Assembly (NCBI GenBank): GCA_030141605.1
Contig: JAQGDQ010002374.1
Location: 186,001 to 250,000, forward strand
Length of the DNA stretch: 64,000 nt
From: Tubiluchus corallicola
Lineage: Eukaryota; Animalia; Priapulida
Direction of reading: 5' to 3'
The notes under the pieces: generated by a model
Database searches by the model: none
What the model was told of the DNA's origin: nothing
What the model saw: the letters and a program-made list of their open reading frames with translations, nothing else
Shown here: positions 1 to 12,800 of the stretch, piece after piece
How the letters are laid out: each line of letters begins with the position of its first letter
Position numbering within the stretch: the stretch's first letter is position 1
Position numbers and translations under genes: made by a program

Positions 1-3000
1 GCTTACATTAAACACATTGTAAGCCAGTATATTCATCTAACGCAGGCTCTATGCAGGCTAAGATAATTGTAACTAAAATCACAATGGTACGTCTTCTAAT
101 TACAAAAATACAAACAACTTAAAAATAAAAAAGGAAAAAAGACAAGTGACAGTTTTATTGTAGTAAAAAAATAATTTCGTCACCATTTTGTTAAAGTATA
201 ATATGAACATACAAAATGGACGTCATATATTACCATACAATAAAGGCGCTGATGTTAGATAGAGATCATAAAAAATTTAATGACAAAATGCACAGACATC
301 TAAACGAATACGAACTTAATGCTAAACGAACTCTAGTCCCTTATTCACAAAATGTGTGTTTAGATACATCTAATATCTGCAGTTACAATAACTGTTCTTG
401 ACAGGATTGTTAGCCACACTAGTGTTTCTTGATTATAAGAAAATCCAAACGATTTATGCATTGGGCAGATAATGTTCATACAGCAGATTATGCAGCTGAA
501 CTTTTTAATCTGTGTTAGAGTCTTTCCAGCCCTGCGTATCTTAGTGACGACCTTTACATGACCTTTAGGGTGACCTATGACCACAAACATGCCAATTTTT
601 GCTTAAATTTACTTAACGGGGATAAAGTCATTACAGCTTTAGTTGATCACCACAACAAAACGTATCCTAAGTAATTTCATGGCACAGTGGAATGAGAAAA
701 GCCAAAAAAATTACAATGATATAAGATCCACATTAATGAGATTTCATAAAATGCATGTATAGGTGCATAAAACGAAAATGCGAAATATACATTAAACAGT
801 CAGTACTTTTTAGTACTAAAATATATACAACTATAATCATTGCTATACAGTATATTAGCTACCACCACTTGGTCCAAACATGGCTTATAGCCTATATATA
901 TACATATATATAGTTTATCAAGAAAAAAAAAAAATATATATATATATATATATACACACACAAATAATTAGAAAGCGTGATATGAGCAGCTGACTGTTCG
1001 CTAAAGAAATACACAAACTAAGCACATTATACACTCACCACACTCAAGTTACTAGAGTTAGCTGCTTCTCCATTGTTTGCGAGACACTGAATCTGCTTAC
1101 TATTATGCACAATGCCAAAAGAACTGGAAAAGCAGGGAGAAAACATCACATGAAAATATTACAAAAGATTCCTGTTAATGAGTGGTATTACAAGAATAAA
1201 AAGATATACAGCAATGGCTGCAGGACCTTTTCAACAGTATGTACAGTATTTCACTAGACAAATATTTTGATTATCACTACTATAAATCTATAGTTGCCAT
1301 ATATAACTGCATGAATAGCCCATGATTGATTTAGTACCTATATTTTATTTTCATTTAAAATGTTTTTATCTAAATTATCTTCATTTAAAATAATGAATTC
1401 GAACTTTTCGTGATAAACGCGTATCACAGAAATACTGACAGAGGGAGAGGATTTGTCGAAGAAACAAATGGCCTCAGCCAATATATTGCGATAAATCTCA
1501 CAGCTCATCTGCAAACCAATATAAGTGTTAGACAATTTGAAACTTCAGTTGCTAGTTCTACTGTTATACTGCAGTCATGTGTAATACGCTTACATCACAC
1601 TATAGTCTAACGTTATGGAATGAAAAGTCATCAACAATTGCACTTCACAGTAGTCGCTCATAAGCTCTCAAGTAAATGTACAATATTTAAACATAAACCT
1701 TAACCTGCAATGATTATTTAGTGCTTTAACTAATAAACAGTGAGATCTAATACTAACTGCACACAGCAAAAAAATCTGTCTTTAGGGAAATGTCTGATCA
1801 ATGCAAATTGTCTTAGACAAAATTTCCCCGCACAAGGCAACTTTTGTACGAAACAACCTGTGTCATGCGTAACCTTAATACACAATTATTACATAACACA
1901 GGACAAAACAATTACTTTTTGATGGTCTGATGCAAATTGTTGTGCCAAGCCTGCACATGGGAGCAGGATGAGTTTGTGTCAGACTAGAGGCATCGCAAGA
2001 TGGATGCGATTGCTGCGTGCAAGGGTGAGAGGGCGCGAAATTCTTCTAGAGTTCAATAACTGTTATTTATTAAGCACAGATCCAACACTAACAAAGCAAA
2101 TAACAAAAGTTTTCAAAACTGCCTAGTCAGAGATCATTGTAGCTGACTAATTATTACATCCAGCCTAGAAAAAAAGCTAGTGTTGTTACTTAACAGCGTG
2201 TGTAAGGTGTTGTGTGGCTTAGCAGATCGATAATTTTGAAAGAAACAGTGACTTCTCTAAATGCCGATTGCATTATTGTGAAAACCTGTAGCGTTCTGTA
2301 TCTTTGACAATCTTTGCATGTTTTAATGCTGGAGCTAAATGTTTAAGGACCGTTGTGTTACACGTAACTAATGCATAGAAAAGAGTTACTGTGGTGCAGT
2401 TCCGCAAATCAAACTCAGTGTGATTCTTGGCCGAAATTTGTTTACCTTTATCCCATCACGTCAAAAAAGAAAAGTCAGGCTCAGGGATGCAAAAAACGCA
2501 CACAATTTGTGGCTTCATCAACGAAACAAATGGTCAAAATGTTAAAAGGCTAGGATACCACAAGTACTTGCTACACCACCACGTCAGACAGAAAATTAAG
2601 CACGTTTAATAAAAACCCATGTGCCAAACTTGGTAAAACAGTATTTACGCATTGTGCATATGGACAAAAAAATCAGTGTCTGACAAGCTGTTGCAGACAG
2701 AGTTTGCCTCGTGTATGCCAGACATGAGAGGTAGAAAAACATGGAGGTGAAATACTAAAAGCCAACATACAAAAATTTATATCACTGCAAAACAGGAGTA
2801 TGGAAAATATTGAGAAATACTTTTCTAAAAGCCACATTTAGGCCAATGTCATGGGTTACAATACCATCCGCATCTCATTTCGTTTGTTTGCTACCCCTTG
2901 ACAACATTCACTTGTACTTCGCAACTCCCTGTCTTGATGTTAAATTATACAAAAAATATAAATTTTGTTTAAAAATGAGAATGTAAAAGTAAGTATAGCA

Positions 3001-3594
3001 GTTAAAAAGTACGAAACTAATAGCTGCAAAAATGTGTTGCAAATTTGGAAAAAACTGCCAGCATTCATGTACCATTTCATTGCAAACCATATTAAAAATC
3101 AATATTGATTCTCTATTGCACATTTGCAAAGTTTGTACAGTTGGTATATACAATTATTATACAAAATACGCTAAGTACCTACTCCACTTTTAACTAAACT
3201 ATAAAATCAGTACTGTAACTAAATGTTAAAAATACACTATGCATAACCAATTTTTGCAAAAGCACACGTAGTTATTTCTAAAAAAAAACTAATTTGAGTA
3301 TCACAACCAATAAGAATCTAGTTGCTAAGGCACAGAAACTCAGTTGCCTACAACTTTTACACCCTGGCAGAATTTCTGCCAAAAGGAACAAAAATTTCTG
3401 CCAGAATGCCACACATTTAAAAAAATGTTATAGTACATGATGACGGTAACAATGATAGGGAAGATGATATAATACATGTCAGTCTTCTAATCTAGTTGTC
3501 TTTTGGCATGCTAGATAGGTAACTTCCAAAACAACTAAGAACAAAGGGCACATTTACTGTAACAGCAGATTTCTATGCTGCTATAGCGTGCAGT

Positions 3595-6049
3595 TTATTC
3601 CATGCGTCTATACGTTCCTACATGAAAGCGGCACGTGGGACAGATGTGATGAACATCCTGCAAACCAGGAGCACAACATGGCAGCAAACAGCACCCTACC
3701 CATAAACTGAAAGAAAAGCAGTTGGTTTCTAAATTTTGTAGTCCTTTTGGAGTGAACTACTAAGGAAACAAATTATAAATGTCGCATCAACATTTTAATA
3801 AAACTTGTGAGTTTTGGTCAAAAGTGGTAATGATTATCGTCAAAACATCCACCTCCATAATATCATCACATTTTACAGGCACTAAACTATCTCTGCCTTC
3901 AAGTGGCAAAGAAAGCACTTACTGAACCCGTTCCTTGAATGGGCCCAAAGTCACTAGTCCTGTTATTGTTGATGCAGACACAATAAAAAATTGCTATACG
4001 TTTGTTGAGCATTTTGCAGGAATGAGTCCAAGCCACCTATGGTGGATTCTTGTTCGTCCCACGCATTATTACTTTGACACAGTAAATCTGCATTCTTATC
4101 AAAGAATCAGGGTTATCATTTTTAAGATCTTAGCATAACTTAGGTGGGAATGGAACCCGGATCTGCGGAGTCCACATTACTTTTGTGTTAAATGACTTAG
4201 ACTAATAACTGCGCATATGAACTATTTAAACTTCACAGTGCTAGCTGAACCTGTCAAAATTAGACTTACCCCACAAGACAGCAAGCTAAGCTCATAAGCC
4301 ACGCTGCAGTTCCTGCAGTCTCTTCTAATAAAGTTATAACTGTATGATGACAATTTGGACAGTCTAATGTAGTTGGATGTGGCCCAAGTCCACTTATAGG
4401 ATTGATGACTATGGTTGTCTGTTGGTAAACATCGGGCTGGTAAACCCTGTAATCTGAAGTGAGAAGCAATAATATTTAGAATACGGAGATCACTATCACC
4501 AAACAGCATCGTAATGTCATTTTTCAAATGAAACAAATTTAATGAAACAAATCAAAGGACATTAGTTAGGCAACAAAACCAACTTTGCTAATCAACCCTC
4601 ACTGCACGTCATACTAACTGCAATTTTACAACATTTGTCTCATGATTCACGCTGGAATGAAAAAATATTTTGTAAGAATGTGATGAAATTAGTTGATACA
4701 TCACTAGCGTAAACGAAGATTTCCCATGTGTCAAATGTCATAGATTGGTTTTTGTCTGCACCTTCTAGTTCAAACAGTTCAAGCGGACCGTATATCTGCT
4801 ACAAATGCATCTGTGATTAATAGTTCTCGAAATTGCAAGAAAATGCAGACTTAAAAACCACTTTATGACATTTTACATATGGGAAAACTTAGATTATGTG
4901 AATGATGAATCAACACAAAGAACCTAATATTTTTTTAAGCAAATGTTGCAAATTTGCCAAATCAAAACTGCTGCTCGAATAATTAATGCCAAATAAGGTT
5001 TAATACAGCTTTATGGTTAAACATTTTAAGAACGTTTCGTGTGTATCACTCTATGACATTTTACATATGGGAAATCTTTGATTATGTGAACGATGAATCA
5101 ACGCAAAGAACCTAATATTTTTTAAGCAAATGTTGCAAATTTGTCAAATCCAAACTACTGCTCGAATAATTAATGCCAAATAAGGTTTAATACAGCTTTA
5201 TGGTTAAACATTTTATGAACGTTCCGTGTGTGATACACGTTCGTACACACAAAACAATAAAAAGCATAAGAATAATCTTGACTTGACAGCCTGAAGTCAG
5301 CATTTGATTAAAGTGTGCACTGGAACCACAGTAATGTCAGACATGGCATGAATTGACTCAAAAATGGAGAAGTCATTTAGAAATTAGTTATTTCAAGGAT
5401 AACAAAATAAAAAATGACTAATTCTACAGTTTGGATTTATAATTATAAATTTGTAATTACGCTAATGACTGGATATTTAGCACTCACACTGAGCATTGTC
5501 AGCTCCTCTGGCGAGGGGTACTGTACGTATATGAGTTTCAATAATATAATCATCAACTTCATCATTTTTGTGAAAAGACGACGCTTCACTTTTTTGAGAA
5601 AGCTTGTCTGGTTCGGTCTCCAACCACACCGCTACCTTATCAGGGATATCTTCATCTGTGCTGCCATTGCTTTTTTGAAGTGCATCACCATATGCATGAA
5701 CATTTGCATCAGGAATAGAAGTTCTGTATTTAGGCCGAGCTCCTTTATGTGCATATGCATCTCTAGCTGAATCTTCATGTTTTTGGCCATCATTCACTTT
5801 ATCTGAACTACTACTTTTCTCAGAGTTTTTAGATTCAAGTGGCAAATCAACTAACTGTTTTTTTGCTACATGTGTCCGCTGTTTGCGAGGTGGTGGTGGG
5901 CGTATAGGAAATTCATATGGAGGTGGGGCTTCACTAAATCCAGGCAAATTGAACAGATCTTCGACAAGCAGCCCTCCAGTTGCTCCTCGTAGGTCTTCAA
6001 CTGATAAACCACCTGTTGCACCAGATGGTGATGCTTTTTTATCGGACAT
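3595..6049 (-). CDS. LITAF/SIMPLE-like zinc-ribbon protein with long N-terminal extension; coding exons 6049-5488, 4453-4270, 3706-3595
   Basis: Exons join in phase at GT-AG sites. C-terminus is ...PTTLDCPNCHHTVITLLEETAGTAAWLMSLACCLVG|LWVGCCLLPCCAPGLQDVHHICPTCRFHVGTYRRME*, i.e. CxxC, hydrophobic helix, HxCxxC (LITAF domain). N-terminal PPPY motif. Probable non-coding exon with donor AG|GTAAGT ending at 6509; acceptor opens the ATG exon at 6055. Confidence 0.9.
4864..5230. repeat. Tandem duplication of ~188 bp in LITAF intron
   Basis: 'tatgacattttacatatgggaaa...ggttaaacatttta' occurs at ~4864-5044 and ~5052-5230 with a few substitutions. Confidence 0.9.
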
Positions 6050-6509
6050 TGCTACCTACAAGCACAAATAATAAAAAACCAAAGTAATTATATTTAATGC
6101 TATTTAGGATAATAATAGTTTTCATAAAAAAACGCTATAAAGGAAACATGATAATAATACCGGATAATATAGCTTGGAAAACAGAACTTCCTTTATACAG
6201 CTCCCCATACACACTGCAAACCAGAAAGCCTAACGAAAGGACAATAACTTTAACGAAAACTAAGCCACCAACAAGACAAATTTGAAGACCATTATAATCT
6301 TATACATTATTAACAAATCAAACCTAATTAAATTATCGAACTATGTTCAAATTCGCGCAGTATACCGATAGACAAGTTAAATTACAAAGTCAAAAGTACT
6401 AATATTAACTTTATTATCAAAATTCCAATAATCCCACAAAATTTAAATTTGAGGGACAAATTCGTAATAACGAATAATCCCATACGCAGCAAAAACAACG
6501 TAACTTACC

Positions 6510-6882
6510 TGGAGGCTGGACTGGGTAAGCCAGGCACACCTGCGTTGCACAAAGCGGGTTCTTGATCATAGCTTTGAAACCGAAAACACCTGGCAAAAAA
6601 GTTTTCGCTTGGAAAATTTTGCGCCAAAGGCAAAGCGTGAAAATCGAAATTTTTGTTTTCGTTGAATTTTTTGATTACTTGTCCAAGCTTTATGCGTTCG
6701 CTGAACTCTTGTTTTACTTTTTATTAGTTGCCTCCCTATGTTAAATGGCAAGAATCTGAGCAAAGTTAAACCGTAGCACGATTTAGACCATTACATATGC
6801 TGTGCGGAATTTAAAACTGTTACCAAGAGTAGTTGGTACCTTGATATGAACCTTGAGTGTTTTATTTCATTAAAAAATGCCT
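6510..6882. promoter_or_regulatory. Probable bidirectional promoter shared by LITAF-like gene and MKS1
   Basis: LITAF first-exon donor at 6509 (-) and MKS1 ATG at 6883 (+) diverge within <400 bp; locally richer in CpG. Confidence 0.6.
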
Positions 6883-9800
6883 ATGGCTGACCTATTGGAA
6901 TCAGAATTTGGGACAGCTATTTATAGATCGAGTGATCCCATCAAAAATTTAAAAATAAGGTGAATTAATGTTTCTTTCCTGTCATTACACAACCAACCCG
7001 CATGACTCATCGCTCAAAAACTCTTATACATCACATATAGTGATACACTAACAGTATCCACTCACTGCCGGTATAGTCCTATATGAATTAGCTGATCACT
7101 TACCCATTTTTGCTATTGTAAATACATTGCAGATACTGTGAAATGTCACTAAAATAGTCAAACGAGACACTAGAAACTTTAAATTAGAAAATTTTCTCTT
7201 TGATCTAAATTCTGCACTTCTGGGATATTAATAATTCCAGATGTAAATAATGCCTTCCAGTACTTTACTGATGTGTTTTCAAGTAGCCTGGATGACCATG
7301 CCCCTTTTGCACTCTCACTAAAAAGAACAGATAAATTTTCGTAAGCCTTGGATTACTCCTGGCATTCTCACTTCTATTCGCACGAGAACAAAGCTCTATA
7401 AAACACATAAATTATCACAATCTGCATACAAAACGAATTACTACAAACTGTATTCAAATAAACTCAACCGTATTAAACAAAACTCAAAGAAGAAACACCA
7501 TGGCCACTTATTTATGCTAAACAAAAATAACATTAAAAAGACCTGGAGTACAATCAGTACTGTTCTGAAGCTCTAAAACAAAAAATATATCTTACCCACG
7601 CAGCTAGATTACAATGGTAATACTGTCACTAATCCTCTTGGCATTGCTAATTGTTTCAATAATTTTTTTCCAATCAGTAGGTCAAAACATGGCAAAAAAT
7701 ATTACACCCTCCAATACAAATTTTAAATTTAATTTACCTCCCTCTTTAAACTAATCAATTTTTCTATATTCTGTTACAGAATGTAAGATTAAAGCAGCCC
7801 TCTCTAAACTAAATGAAGGCAAATCACCAGGCCCTGAAATATCAGTTAAATTCTATAAGCTGTCTGCTGATGTTATTGCACCGGTATTAGTTCATCTGAT
7901 CAATAATTCAAGGTATTTTTTCAGACTGTCTCAAGATTGCAAAAGTAACTACCATTTATAAGACCGATTCTCCTAAAATCCATCCAACTACAGACCAATT
8001 TTAAACCTTTCTTCAATTGCTAAAATTTTTGAAAATGTAATATTTAAGCATCTAAATAAATTCTTGGTTAAAAATAATATAGTAACCAAATATCAATTTG
8101 GGTTTTGAAAATCGTATTCCACTGCTCTAGCAACAGCAGAACTTATTGAAAATATTCTTCACTGTTTAGATAAAAAATCAATTGTATGTAGCATATTCTT
8201 AAACCTGCAAAAACTTTTGACACTGTTCAACACGACATATAACTACAGTAGTCGCCGCTTAATAGACTCACGGTTAATAGACTCAATCGCTTAATTGACT
8301 CATAAATGCCTGGAACGGGCCGCTTCTATTCAAATGTACATAAAAACTATCGGTAGTTGACTCAAATAACTCCGCTTAATTGGCTCAATATTTTTCTTCA
8401 TGTACTTAAAATAAGACATTTGTATGTGCCCAAAGAACCTTTTCTACTTTTATGTCACCTTTACTTCCCTTTTATGCATTATATATGTAGAAACAATTAT
8501 GTTAAGTACCGTTTTGTTTGTAAACAGGTACGTTTATCATGCGCTAACATGCTAGCGTAGCAGTTTTGCTTTGAATGTGTTACCCTCTCGCCCACTGCAA
8601 TTAACCTCGTTAACCCAAAGAATTTCTGGAAGCTGAACATTTAATCCCTTGCCTAGCGGTTTCATTTTGATGCTCTAGTTGCAAATCAGCCAGTATTCCT
8701 TGTGACTTACAAGAGTAAACATCATACAGTAAATAAGGGCATAGAGTTAAGAAGTTTGAAAAATGGAGCATAAGATCTAACAGTTAAGGAGAAACTGAAA
8801 ATTTTAGAGCAGTACGATAAACTTCCAAAGATGGTGCAGAGGTGTGCAGCAGCGCAGTTGAAAATTTCCCAAAGTACTCTCGGCAGAATATTGAAAAAAC
8901 AATCTGAAATGGAGCAGTCAGCAAGCCAAAATGAGAGTCTAGCATCTAAGAGGCGATGCACAGGAAACAAGGGCACCACCAACTGCAGCTCAAGCACGCC
9001 AATCCATGCACGTCTTTGTTTAGTATTTAAATCATATATATATATGTATATATATATATGATCAGTATATATGTATGCGTACATACATGTTTATATGTAT
9101 GTATGTGTTTGTATTCTGTATATGTGTATATGCATATGTATAGTATGTATATGCATATACACATATACAGAACACAAACACACATGTATATATTATATGT
9201 ATGTGTGTATATGTATATGAATGTATATGTGTGTGTGTGTGTGTGTGCGTGCGTGCATGCGTGCGTGCGTGTGTGTGTGTATAAAATATAGCATAAGCAT
9301 ACTTATGGTTTTATGCCATTGCATGATTAAAAAAGTAAAAACACTTCAATCATGTCATGAGATTCTCTATTTATAATCTAATCAAGCTGTGCTTTTTTTG
9401 TCCTGTTTCCAGAAATGACTTAATTCCGTCATCTTTTTTTCTTGTTCATATTTCATAATTCCATAATTTTTTTGTTCATATATACATATAATCTGTAAAT
9501 TTATATACATATGCATGTACATGTGTGAGCATATGGATTTTAGGTAAACGGTAAGTTTATATACGCGTTTATAGCTTACTACTATTCGTTTTAGTAGGTT
9601 TTTGTACAGGTATTCTCAATTCTAAGTTTTAAACATTTTTTTACGATTTCTGCACTACTTCATTTAATTTTTATACTATATTACAGAAATTAATTTCTGC
9701 AGACTGTACAACTACAGTATATTATAAAGTATAATATTAGAATAGGGCAACATGTACATTAATGTATGGTTGTTTGTTGCCCTCGCGTTTGGTATTCTTT

Positions 9801-12800
9801 TGTTGCATCTTTATGTAATACCAGTACTGTGCGAAATAAAATGATTGTATTCTATCGTATTCAGTTTTATTAATTCATTTAGCATTTATTAGTTTGTATA
9901 TAAAATATATTTAGAGATAAAATGTATTTAAAGTTTACATTCATATGGATAGTTTAGAAATTTTGATAATAATAAACTAAAAAAGGTTATTCTAAAGATA
10001 AGTAAAAACAGATGGGGTCAACCAAAACCTTGATTAAAGTAATTAAAGTGTCACATTGAAACATCACATCAACAAGAGCTGCGCAGTGATTTGTGGAGTA
10101 ACACACGTCAGATGTTCAATTAGTCTGCCAAGGGGAGTACTCTGAAGCTCCCACATGAGGATATTTTTGAAGTCCAGCATAAATAATAAGGTTAATTAAA
10201 ACTTTTCACGTAATGATGAGGAAAATACCGCTTAGGTCTAAGATGCATTGTACTTGTCTATTAGCTGTCAATTTATATTAAAATTGTCAGCTACTTTAAA
10301 TATATAATTACAGAGTAAAACTTCGGAAAGTTACCTCAGCAACTGGGTTACCACAGTCACTTTTTGGAAGGCGAGGCGGTGGTGACACTGGCAAATCATT
10401 TGCTAAAGATGTAGAACTCACTGATTTCAAAAACACTAGAAGTGCATCATCCTACGATGAAGATGAATTCATATTTGGTTGGCAAGAAAAAGTTTTTAGT
10501 CAGGTAACACTTTTCACCATTTTTATATATTTGGTGCACTTGTGTGTTAAATGAAGAAATTCTGTTAAGTGCAGGCTATAAACTGCATATATTTTATTAA
10601 ATTTCCATGGTATTTTCATTTCAGTTGGATACATCTGGAATTTCACTAATTAGATCAAGTGTTGGACACTATTCTAGTGTGCTTATGTGTTCATTACTTT
10701 GTGTATCTAAACAAACTTATGATGCTGGCTAATGTTAATCAAATTATCTTCAATCATTACTGATAAGACTATGCGTAAAATATGCAAAAATCCATGTTCA
10801 TTGAACATTCTTGAATAAATGCAAACATATTTTTTGATTTGATAACCAAGTAAAAAAAGGTGAATTTTTTAGTCTTTCAAGTTTTCCAATGTATTGTTTC
10901 TATTGTACAAAATCACCGAACTTCAGTAATGCTTTTGAGAATCGCAAACGTTGTGAGATGCTGTTGACAAGATTCTAGTGTATTTTATGTTGTATTGTAC
11001 AGCAACTCTAGTTTAGGCTTTTTACAGAGAGGGGGCCATGAATTACACAAAATTCATTTATACTTAATTACAAGTTTTCTTACAGAGAGAGTTCGAGATA
11101 TACAGCAACGAAGGCTTGTGTAGTTCAGTGTTGGAACAAAAATATCACAATGAAATAAAGGGGATGAGGTTAGTGGAAATTATTATTTCACGAATGTTGG
11201 AAGTTGGACTATATATAACACAGTTAGCCTCACTTTCTGTGCCATTTGTGATACAGTAGTCACCGCTTAATTAAACCAGCTGCATTTTGGAAACATTCAG
11301 GCATGGTCCCCCCATAGAAACTGTTGTTAAGAAAATACGGTTAATAAAACCAGTGCACCACATTCTTCTTAGACTACATTCTTCAGTAATAGGCACCAGG
11401 AACAATGCCAAAATGAAAAAATAAAATGTTTTTTTGGTACTTTGCCTATTTTTTAAGACACACAGTTGAAATTGAAATTCTGTTTCTAGGTGAAGCTCTT
11501 CTTAGTCAAAGTCACTCTGAAAGTTAAACTTGATTGTTTTGTAACTGCTCAGCATTGCCTCTTGTTTAATTGTCGTATAGTATTAAATTTGGGTGAAGCG
11601 CTTACGTACTTTAGTTTGCTAGATACACACGCTTGCAGCAGCCCACTACATAATAAAACTACCGTTTATTAAGACCACTTTTTGGTCTCATTTTGATCTT
11701 CAATCAGTTTCTTAGCAGTTTTTGTTTTTAGAACTCGGCCAACAACGAGACTCTTCAGCTACGTTGACTGTGATACTGTACCTCATTTGGAATCGGTAAA
11801 CAACTTTTGATGTTGATTCTGATATATGCCAAGGAAAATACGGTCTCTAAAAAAGCAGAACAGGGAAGTACAAGTCAAGACTGACTTTGGATTTGAAACA
11901 GAGACTTTTGGGTTACCAGTACTAGTGATCTGAGAATAATCTAAGCAGTAGTATACTTACTTCAGTACTAGTGCTGTAATGATACACCTAGGTCATGATA
12001 ACGATACATATCACAATATTAGCCTCACGATACGATACACCTGAGCTAAGGTTTGCAGGTTTTATAAAAAAACTAGGTGAAACTAATTGATAATAAATGC
12101 TAAAGATATTTTGTTCTAGTCAAGAGTTTTATGATTGATAAATGCTAAACGAACTTTTGTTACTTGTATAATTTGCAGGCTATTGTTTGCATTGTAAGCC
12201 ACCATAAAAGCAAAGCATATCAATACCTTTGGTTTAAAAGTTGCTTGTGTATTTTCTGGTTCACGTTTGCTGTTTCACAAGTTTATATGTAAACAACGCA
12301 ATTAGCCTATTGCAGATTAAACACCTTGTGTTTTCAAACGCTTTTGTGCCTGTGTTAAGTCATCCACCGCTCACTGCACTGATTGTTACGTACCTAGAGT
12401 ACACTTTACAGCTACAACTTGAATTACTTTACATCGTTTTTATCAGCTTACTGTCAAGGGGTACCAGTTTACTAAATGTCATTGACTCAGATTATCACAG
12501 TACAGGTGAAGTTTTGGCGATACGCATATCATAATATAAAATATCCCAATGCATTCATACATTGATGGATCGCTATAGGCCTATTCACATTATTTATCAG
12601 TTTTCCAACAAATTCCTGCAAAAATCAGTGTTTGGACCAATTGCTAACTTGGAATGTAAAGAAGAATCAGACTTTTGTGAGCATTTAAACTTTTGGTAAG
12701 TTACCAAAACTAAGTGCTTGATTGTTGTTATTTTACCAGTAAACACCTTCGTTATTTAATTTCAGCAGTGCGAGCGAATGACGACATCGCCTTATGAACG

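Noticed and set aside
2400-2745. Possible Helitron/Helentron-like remnant ending in a small hairpin
   Set aside because: Termini are ambiguous and there is no second copy in the window.
5414-5770. 118-aa hydrophobic + strand ORF
   Set aside because: Antisense to the LITAF coding exon; no independent support.
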